46,359 nucleotides of DNA from Nanobdellati archaeon (GTDB taxonomy: Archaea; EX4484-52; WAPT01): NCBI GenBank assembly GCA_015520605.1, contig WAPT01000004.1, forward strand, positions 1-46,359, written 5' to 3'. Below the pieces are notes generated by a model. The model worked only from the letters and a program-made list of their open reading frames with translations. It had not been told where the DNA came from and ran no database searches. The position numbers and the translations under genes are program-made. This document shows positions 39,752 to 46,359 of the stretch, piece after piece (position 1 is the stretch's first letter; each line of letters starts with the position of its first letter).

Positions 39752-40090
39752 TTAACTATACTCCCTCCAGGTATGTTTGCACTTTGTGCAGCGGTAGAAC
39801 CTCGTTTCAGGTTCATCACTGCTCCTTGTCTGCATCGTCCACCACTCCGCTGTATCGTTTCCACACTTAGGGCACTCTATGGTGGTCGTCGGATGTTTTT
39901 GCACTTGGCTTTCCTGATCCACTACAGGTATGCTATCCTTTGCCGCGTCATGTTCTATTTTTTCCGTTATTTTAAAATTCTCCCCGTCCTTTATCTTTTC
40001 CTTCCTTCCGCATCTCATGCAAACAAGCTCGACCTTGCCGTCTTTTTTGACAGGATGCATCAGACTACCGCATTTTTTACAAATTTTGAT
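39752..40090 (-). CDS. tfs: Transcription factor S (TFS), probable non-AUG start at 40090
   Basis: N-terminal CKKCGSLM.P upstream of the tracked ATG, CMRCG, C-terminal CPKCG..QTRSSDEPETRFYRCTKC. Confidence 0.95.
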   Translation of the reverse strand: MKICKKCGSLMHPVKKDGKVELVCMRCGRKEKIKDGENFKITEKIEHDAAKDSIPVVDQESQVQKHPTTTIECPKCGNDTAEWWTMQTRSSDEPETRFYRCTKCKHTWREYS

Positions 40091-40138
40091 GGTGCATCAC
40101 CTCACAACCGAAAGATAAAAACTCAAAAACCACGAACA

Positions 40139-40618
40139 TTATCGACATTTTATCGGTGGTACGGTACCGACAAGTTCAGAGAGCAGTATCTTGGGATATC
40201 CTAGGTACGGGATTCTATAGACAACCTTTCCGACCACATTTTTTATCGGCACCAACCACGGATCGGGTATGGGGTTATTGTCCCCCCAGGTGCGAAGCGT
40301 GCCGTTCGGAAACTTTTCATATACTCTGTGAACTATAAGCCTTCCATCAACGGGACTTTTGTAAACTATAATTGTCCCGTTTTGTCTGCCGGCAACTATA
40401 TCATTAAAGGTGACGCCCTTCACAATAAGCAAATCTCCTCTATCCAATGTAGGGAGCATCGAGCACGATACGACCGAAACTATTGGGTCATGCGTGTGTA
40501 GCGCAAAGGCCATTATCTGGTATATGAGGAAAGCGAGGAACATTCCCAAAAAAATGTAAATAATATCTCCGGATTTCCTAATGAATTCAGTTTTTTTCTT
40601 TTCTTTACGGGAGGGCAT
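40139..40618 (-). CDS. Signal peptidase I (Sec11 type)
   Basis: TM helix, VVSCSMLPTLDRGD, IVHRV, WGDNN..PD, IPYLGY. Confidence 0.92.
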   Translation of the reverse strand: MPSRKEKKKTEFIRKSGDIIYIFLGMFLAFLIYQIMAFALHTHDPIVSVVSCSMLPTLDRGDLLIVKGVTFNDIVAGRQNGTIIVYKSPVDGRLIVHRVYEKFPNGTLRTWGDNNPIPDPWLVPIKNVVGKVVYRIPYLGYPKILLSELVGTVPPIKCR

Positions 40619-40730
40619 AATCTCACACCGCAAAAATCTGAGCTAAGTATAAACGCCAGAAAATTTTAAAAAGTTCTGTTTTAAGTGAACAGATTTTCGA
40701 CAAATGCTGTATGGAGTGGTCGGTTAATAT

Positions 40731-41012
40731 TCATTTCTCTTTTTCGGAGATTGAATTTTTGAAAGCCTCCTCCAGAGCTTCAAAGGTCTTCTTGAGTCTT
40801 TCAATGGCATCAAGCACGGACTTTACAGGGTCTTTACCCCTCACGATGAGCTTTGGCGTGCCTATATAAGGATGGTCCTTGTCAAAGGCAACAAAAGTGA
40901 CAGTATCATCGTCCCATAATTCCTGCCGGAGAAGGTTCGGAAGATAAGCATCCGCGCCCCCGATTTCAACGATAAGTGTCCCGTCATCCTGTTTGTTGAG
41001 ATTTACTTCCAT
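40731..41012 (-). CDS. rpoL: RNA polymerase subunit L (Rpo11)
   Basis: LPNLLRQEL..V.FVAF..DHPY...PKL; follows dph2. Confidence 0.85.
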   Translation of the reverse strand: MEVNLNKQDDGTLIVEIGGADAYLPNLLRQELWDDDTVTFVAFDKDHPYIGTPKLIVRGKDPVKSVLDAIERLKKTFEALEEAFKNSISEKEK

Positions 41013-41047
41013 CCTTATAACACCTCTATTTACCCTATGGCGGACAT

Positions 41048-42073
41048 TTAATCAATGTCTATAACCTTTAAATATTTAAGTAAAGTGCTCCAGCTTATAA
41101 CGGGATTGGGAAACCTCTCCTTATCTTCCTCCAGTCTTGGGCATGCGAGATTGACAAAAAAATCGACCTCTAACCCCTCCAGATTTTCCCTCGAAATGTT
41201 GTCTCCAGAAATGATAACAATGTCCTTACCCATTTTTTGGAGCGCTTCTTTGACTTTCCAAGGGTCAGCGAATCTCTGTCCCAGCTTGGTGCTCGTCACA
41301 ACTCCAATGCATTTTGCTTCCTTGAACTTTTCCACAAGGATCAGACGTTGTTTAGTGAGCCTTTCCTTCTCCTTGAAGTCAATGAATCTGGCGGTCCTTT
41401 CTTCCACATTCACGTGCAGAATGGGTTTTTTAAGGTTGAGAATCGCGCCTCTAACATGAAAAGCGCCTCCCGCGATAAGGATGTGAACATCTATTCTTCT
41501 CTCAACATGTTTGAGAGCGGAATAATCACAGCCAAGCACCACACCCTCCAGCGCGGTTCTCGAGCTTCTTGCCGTAAATACATTTATGTTGCGCTTTTCC
41601 AGCTCCGTCCTAAGCCTTTCTGCAATCTCAACGTTCTGCACCGTAGCCCCGATGCTCACAGCCCTTGTACCTTTATCCTTCAGAATCTCTACGCACTCAT
41701 CGATGAGACGGGAAAGTCCCTCCCGACCTACTTCAGCTTTTACCGGGTAGAAAAGCACCCCTAAACCCTCCTTCTTCACCCACCCCGATGTTTCAACAAG
41801 CGGCGCATGTCCCAGATGCAAAATGACATCGCAACCTTCAATTTTCGCTCTGTGGAATGGCAGATCACAGCTGCCGAAGCAGGGCTCCACATCCACCACA
41901 ACTTCGAATCCCTTATTTTCAAGGCATCTCGCCACGTTTATGGCTTGCTTTTTTATTCCCTCAGGAACTTGAAGAAAAATCCGTATCCTTTTCTTTTCAT
42001 CTTCCAGCGCTGCTCTCCAGCTCTCCAGAAGCTGAACGATCTCATTGACACACACTCTGTACATTTTAGGCAA
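41048..42073 (-). CDS. dph2: Diphthamide biosynthesis radical enzyme Dph2
   Basis: LQVPEGIK, PCFGSCD, HLGH, VLGCD, GGAFH, STKLGQ, ACPR. Confidence 0.92.
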   Translation of the reverse strand: MPKMYRVCVNEIVQLLESWRAALEDEKKRIRIFLQVPEGIKKQAINVARCLENKGFEVVVDVEPCFGSCDLPFHRAKIEGCDVILHLGHAPLVETSGWVKKEGLGVLFYPVKAEVGREGLSRLIDECVEILKDKGTRAVSIGATVQNVEIAERLRTELEKRNINVFTARSSRTALEGVVLGCDYSALKHVERRIDVHILIAGGAFHVRGAILNLKKPILHVNVEERTARFIDFKEKERLTKQRLILVEKFKEAKCIGVVTSTKLGQRFADPWKVKEALQKMGKDIVIISGDNISRENLEGLEVDFFVNLACPRLEEDKERFPNPVISWSTLLKYLKVIDID

Positions 42074-42509
42074 TTCTTGCCGTATTATTAAAAAATTTCC
42101 TCTTTTTCGTTAGGTTATGGATTCAGAGACCAAACGGGATAGCATTTTGGTCTGTAGGAATGACGAAATCCTGCCACCGGGAGAAAATCCGCGCAAGCTA
42201 CGGCCATGGAATGTAGCATGCTCTAGAAGGATATCTAAAGTCTGGAGAGAGCTTTAAGAAATGCGCAATTCGTGATGTTATTGGGGGGTTAAGGGTTGAG
42301 ATCTACGATATCGGAATTTTCAAGCATGATAAACGACATTTTCGAGAAGGAAGGCAAGCGCCACATGACTCTACGGGTGATTGTTAGATTGGAGGGTAAG
42401 CATTTTTTCTTCAACTCAAAAACACGATAAAATGGGAGGGCGGAATGATGGAAGCACTAAGAAGCCGCGGCTTGGTAAATTTATGACCGCCCGGTATTCT
42501 TCATCTCCA

Positions 42510-43118
42510 CTACCTGCTATAAGCTACAGCATCTTTAATGCACCTCTCCAACTCATCTAACGTCCTTACAATTCTTGCATCTGGTACCATCTCCCTTAGC
42601 TTCGGTGGTGGGTTGAAGAGAATTGGAAAATCACACGTATGAAGCATGCTCACATCATTGAAGCTATCGCCAACACATATCGTCCTAAATCCCAGCTTTT
42701 GAAGGAATTCAACCACGAGGTGCTTCTTTCCACCGACTCTTATTCTGAAGCCCACGATCGTATCGTCCTCTATTTCGAGGTTGTTCGCCAGCAGAAGATA
42801 ATTCCCGAGCTTTTTAACCACTGGCAATGCGATCTCATAGAAGGTGTCGGAGACCATTACAACTTGTACAACTTCGTTCACTCTCTCAAGGAATTCTGAA
42901 GCTCCATCAACCGGATCCAAAGTCTCCACAACTCTCCTTATCTCCGAGAATTTAATTCTCCTGCTTTTCAGGGCTTCAATTCTCTTTTTCATTAGCGCCT
43001 CAAAATCCCCCACATCCCTGGTGGTGAGCAGAAGCTCCCGAACATTTAGCTTCTTCCCGATCTCAACCCAGAGCTCAGGGATTAAAACACTTTCAAGGTC
43101 TGTGATAAGAATATACAA
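42510..43118 (-). CDS. thrH: Phosphoserine phosphatase / homoserine phosphotransferase ThrH (HAD family)
   Basis: DLESVLIPELW, TTRD..DFEALMKKRI, VSDTFYE, GDSFNDVSML; TTG start at 43118 after GAGGTGGTG. Confidence 0.85.
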   Translation of the reverse strand: MYILITDLESVLIPELWVEIGKKLNVRELLLTTRDVGDFEALMKKRIEALKSRRIKFSEIRRVVETLDPVDGASEFLERVNEVVQVVMVSDTFYEIALPVVKKLGNYLLLANNLEIEDDTIVGFRIRVGGKKHLVVEFLQKLGFRTICVGDSFNDVSMLHTCDFPILFNPPPKLREMVPDARIVRTLDELERCIKDAVAYSR

Positions 43119-43273
43119 GCGACACCACCTCACACCACAAGGGGTTCGAAATCTTCTGAAGAATCTGGTGGACAAGGAAAAAATAAAAATTTGCCAGCGG
43201 AGCATTTGAATAATGTCCGGACATGAGAACAACAAACGAATGCTAAGTTATCGGGATTGTTAAAGTGAAACTT

Positions 43274-43706
43274 AATGGCCAAAGCGGAGTACTTAAACCT
43301 TACGAAGGTACTTATTATCTCGTGAGTTGCATTGAGCCCTGTCCCTCCATCGAACAGTTTGAGAGACTTGCCGAAATAGACCGATCGTTGATTCTGCTCT
43401 GAACGTTTACAAAAAGCTAAGGGAATGCATAGATGTGTTTAGAGATGCGCTTGGAAGGTGTTGTACGGAAGAAAATTTCTTAAGCTCAGCTGAGAAGGGA
43501 GTTCTTAGAGATTATTATTTGGTAAGAAATCCGAGTAATTACGGTATTTTACTACCATCTTCCGAATAACTTCCGAGATACATGGGAGAAATCGACGTTT
43601 TTGACATGATTCTACCGTCGGGAGAAATCGATGTACATGTTTTCGGGCCAGTAGAAGGAGAAGGTGTTAAGCTTGACGGGTTTGTAGCAAGAATATTAGA
43701 TTACTA
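43274..43706 (+). pseudogene. Decayed ORF remnant of unknown family
   Basis: Protein-like + strand frames from ATG 43274 broken by stops and frameshifts; 43381-43706 is one frame with a single internal TAA. Confidence 0.35.
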
Positions 43707-43779
43707 AAAATAATTACAGGATGACAATGGAATAATAATATAGATTAAACACTAAATAATAATATCATATTATTATATT

Positions 43780-44790
43780 TCACACAATCCTGTACTTCCT
43801 CCACCTCACATCCCCCTCAGCTTTGACAAGCTTCAGACTTACAAGTCTTTCCATGTATGCTCTGTACGTCCTCTCCGCCACAGGGTTTTTACTTCTTTCC
43901 ACGTAAGCCTTGTAAAGATCGGCAGAGCTCATTTCCCCGTGTTCCTCGACGATGGAGTAAAGCAACCTCATTTCCCCGTTTAGAGTTGAGAGTATCTGTT
44001 GCACCTTGAGCTTCTTTGCAGCTTTTATTGATTGTAACACATCCTCCTTCTCTATCCTACCTGCTCCTCTGCTCTCAGCGAGCATTGCAGCATTTCTCAG
44101 CGTGGCTATGGCAACACGCGCATCCCCATCGGCTGCAACGGCCACCACCCGTAAGAGGTGGGGTTCGATTGCCCCCGGCCTCAATCCCACTTCCGCTCTT
44201 TCCTTCAGTATGTCTACAAGTTCATCTGGCTTGTACTTTGGAAACTCCACGAAGTTCAGGAGAAGAGAGCTCTTGATTCTGGGATCGAGGTCAGCAAGCG
44301 CATATGGATCGTTGGAAATGAGAACAAGCGCAGCACCACCCCTCGATAAATCATAAAGCATATCTTTATCCTCCATCCTGTCAACCTCATCTAAGCATAA
44401 AACCACATTATAATTCTTCCTTTCCACGATACGGAAAAAACTCTCGAGAAGTTCCGCAGGGGTTCTCTTGAGCGGAGCGAGCGGATCAACACAGCTCAGC
44501 ATAGCTGAAGCGATGGCATGCTTACCTGTTCTTTCCCAGCAGTTTATATAGATGGGTTTAAAGCTTACACTCCTTGTTGAAAGCTCTTCAAACATGTACT
44601 TGATGAGGGTTGTCTTACCCGTTCCCGGAGGACCGTAAAGAAAGAGGTTGAGAGCTCGTCTTCCTTCAATTAGAGGATTCAGACATCTTTCAACTTCCTG
44701 AATCTGTCCCTCACGGTGAAGCATCCTTGAAGGAATGTAAGCCTCCTCGAAAACATCTTCTTTGAAGATTATCGGGTAATCCTCATTCAT
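43780..44790 (-). CDS. cdc6: Orc1/Cdc6 replication initiator
   Basis: YIPSRMLHRE, Walker A GPPGTGKT, YINC, Walker B LDEVD, LDPRIKS, GDARVAI, C-terminal wHTH. Confidence 0.93.
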   Translation of the reverse strand: MNEDYPIIFKEDVFEEAYIPSRMLHREGQIQEVERCLNPLIEGRRALNLFLYGPPGTGKTTLIKYMFEELSTRSVSFKPIYINCWERTGKHAIASAMLSCVDPLAPLKRTPAELLESFFRIVERKNYNVVLCLDEVDRMEDKDMLYDLSRGGAALVLISNDPYALADLDPRIKSSLLLNFVEFPKYKPDELVDILKERAEVGLRPGAIEPHLLRVVAVAADGDARVAIATLRNAAMLAESRGAGRIEKEDVLQSIKAAKKLKVQQILSTLNGEMRLLYSIVEEHGEMSSADLYKAYVERSKNPVAERTYRAYMERLVSLKLVKAEGDVRWRKYRIV

Positions 44791-44888
44791 AATCTAAATC
44801 TGAACAGGAAAAGGTAAAAACGTAACGATTTTTGAGAGCACTATCGAAGGAATAAAAAAGATAACACCAATCCAATCCAGAAAAAGGA

Positions 44889-45057
44889 TGGTCCCGGGGG
44901 GATGTTCTGCCAGCCATCAAGTCTTATCTTATCCTTCTGGCTGGCTTTCGAACCCCCGACCTCCGGCTGGCCAAGACACGGGGGCGAAATCCATCGCAAT
45001 CTTTTGCCCCCTGTGGTCATATAAGACCGGCGCTCCAACCAGCTGAGCTACGGGACC
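44889..45057 (-). tRNA. tRNA-Ile(UAU) with two introns: 37/38 (45019-44969, 51 nt) and 59/60 (44946-44903, 44 nt)
   Basis: Minus strand: GGTCCCG/CGGGACC+A, GCTC/GAGC, CCGGT-CTTATA^A-GCCGG, GGGGG-TTCGAA^T-CCCCC; both inserts form relaxed BHB motifs with long inner stems. Confidence 0.92.
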
Positions 45058-45239
45058 GGGAAACCAACGGCATTGTGACGAGATATAAGTAGAAGGGTAA
45101 TTTTAAAAAATTTGCATGAAGCTGAGAATGCTTCGCCAATTCAACAGAGGTTAAGTATCTATCCTCGATATATATTTTCAAAATTCTATTTAATCCAACG
45201 AAAAGATTTATATAGATATTAAAGGCAGGATTTAATTAA

Positions 45240-45406
45240 GCGGGCTGAAGAATCAGATCACGAACTTCCAGCTTACATGGGAAAAATTTTGCGGGCAAAA
45301 ATTCAGATTAGCTGTTGCGGACTGAAGGTTTTGCGGGCTTGAACTATCTCGCAGTCTGTAGCTTTTACTCAGCGTACAGACCGCTCGGATTCTTGCGGGC
45401 AAATAA
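45240..45406. repeat. Five GCGG(G/A)C-core direct repeats next to an AT-rich tract
   Basis: Cores at 45240, 45291, 45317, 45333 and 45395; four are preceded by TT; the first two are followed by TCAGAT(C/T)A. Confidence 0.55.
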
Positions 45407-45490
45407 TAGTGGGGACTTTGGAAAATAAAAACATTTCGGTAGTGTAACCTATAGCTCAAAAAATGCATGCTAAAAAAGCGGAGGGGGTTG

Positions 45491-46359
45491 ATGGAAATGG
45501 AGTCTATTATACAAAAGGCAATCGAAAGGCAGATGAATAGGGAGGTTCCTTGCGTTTATGAAGCGGAAAAGGAGGAGGAGTTTTTGATGCCGCAGGAGGC
45601 CAGAATAGCGGTTTTGGGCATCGGCGGGATGGGGTGCAATGCGATAAATAGGCTGAGCACGATAGGTATCATCGGAGCCGAGACCATAGCCATGAACACG
45701 GATGCAAAACACCTCAAAATGATCAAAGCTGATAGAAAGATTCTTCTGGGACAGGAGATCACCAGAGGTCTTGGCGCGGGAGGTTATCCGGAAGTAGGAA
45801 GGCGGGCTGCTGAGGAGTCCATAAATGAGATAAAGGACGCTCTTCGTGGCATGGACATGGTTTTCGTGGTTGCCGGTATGGGTGGGGGTACTGGAACTGG
45901 AGCCGCGCCCATAGTCGCGGAGGTGGCAAAGCAGCAGGGCGCAATAGTTATCGGAGTTGTCACCATGCCCTTCAGGATAGAGGGTGCAAGGATTCACAAG
46001 GCTGAGGAAGGTTTGATGAACCTCAGGAGGGTAACCGACACGGTGATTGTTATAGAGAACGACAGACTGCTCGAGATAGCGGGAGAGATGTCTCTTGATC
46101 AGGCCTTTGCAGTCGCGGATGAGATTATCGTCACAATGATAAAGGGAATAACCGAGACCATATCAACACCATCGCTTGTGAACCTGGACTTCGCTGATGT
46201 CAAGGCAGTGATGAGCGTCGGAGGCGTGGCGATGATAGGAATAGGAGAGAGTTCCTCCGCATCAAGAGCAAGGGAAGCTGTTGAAAAAGCTCTTGAGAAC
46301 CCGCTGCTTGATGTGGATTACACCGGGGCCAACGGAGCACTCATACACATAACCGGAGG
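45491..46359 (+). CDS. ftsZ: Cell division protein FtsZ (partial, runs off the window)
   Basis: Hand translation: RIAVLGIGGMGCNAINRL, MNTDAKHL, GLGAGG, tubulin signature GMGGGTGTG, NLDFADV; missing from the ORF track because there is no stop. Confidence 0.97.
   Translation, partial: MEMESIIQKAIERQMNREVPCVYEAEKEEEFLMPQEARIAVLGIGGMGCNAINRLSTIGIIGAETIAMNTDAKHLKMIKADRKILLGQEITRGLGAGGYPEVGRRAAEESINEIKDALRGMDMVFVVAGMGGGTGTGAAPIVAEVAKQQGAIVIGVVTMPFRIEGARIHKAEEGLMNLRRVTDTVIVIENDRLLEIAGEMSLDQAFAVADEIIVTMIKGITETISTPSLVNLDFADVKAVMSVGGVAMIGIGESSSASRAREAVEKALENPLLDVDYTGANGALIHITG

Noticed and set aside
43141-43151. GGGGTTCGAAA matching the tRNA-Ile T arm, as a possible att site
   Set aside because: Only 11 nt, inverted relative to the tRNA, and no integrase nearby.
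1829-44790. Inteins in RpoB, RpoA, NrdD, GyrA/B or Cdc6
   Set aside because: Protein lengths are normal and no intein-sized insertions or LAGLIDADG blocks are seen.
44969-45019. Second anticodon inside the tRNA-Ile 37/38 intron (GTCTTGGCC, GAT triplets), by analogy with tRNA-Lys
   Set aside because: No valid 7-nt loop with U33 and purine 37, and no supporting BHB found.
21236-45038. Short ORFs over tRNA genes (21236-21436, 34727-34915, 44841-45038)
   Set aside because: They are translations of tRNA sequence.
368-45997. Numerous antisense and alternate-frame ORFs in the six-frame track (e.g. 368-859, 2122-2574, 5685-6293, 15437-16147, 32391-33056, 33542-34204, 45470-45997)
   Set aside because: They overlap well-supported genes, have Ser/Phe/Leu-rich shadow composition and carry no motifs.
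1-46359. CRISPR array, IS element, rRNA, SRP or RNase P RNA
   Set aside because: No regularly spaced repeats, transposase ORFs or recognisable conserved RNA motifs seen by eye; a covariance-model search would be needed to exclude small RNAs.

Overview
This is a gene-dense archaeal chromosome segment, most likely from an anaerobic DPANN-like lineage (inferred from unsplit rpoB, RpiB, tRNA-Ile(UAU) and non-canonical tRNA introns; not proven). Housekeeping genes include the rpoH-rpoB-rpoA1-rpoA2-rpl30e-nusA-rps12-rps7 operon, fibrillarin/Nop5, rps17e, rpl15e, thrS, gatCA, tfs, rpoL, dph2, thiI, gyrBA, class III RNR nrdDG, orc1/cdc6 and a partial ftsZ. Metabolic genes include RpiB, GAPOR, a GalT-like protein, type I PMI, IDI-2 and ThrH. 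There are seven tRNA genes. The strongest signal is in tRNA introns. (1) One tRNA-Lys locus (1398-1535) carries two complete Lys anticodon loops, CUU and UUU. It can fold into two mutually exclusive bulge-helix-bulge (BHB) arrangements, suggesting one gene makes both isoacceptors by alternative splicing. (2) A rare tRNA-Ile(UAU) has a T-loop intron with a K-turn-like C/D motif and a segment complementary to its own anticodon, registered on U34. (3) tRNA-Leu(GAG) has a 43/44 intron that also pairs with its own exon. Other leads are a perfect 21-bp palindrome upstream of nrdD beside a wHTH gene, GCGGGC repeats near cdc6, a probable AUC start for TFS and a degenerate PiT transporter. No CRISPR array, rRNA, transposase or intein was seen. 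All pairings and family calls were made by eye.
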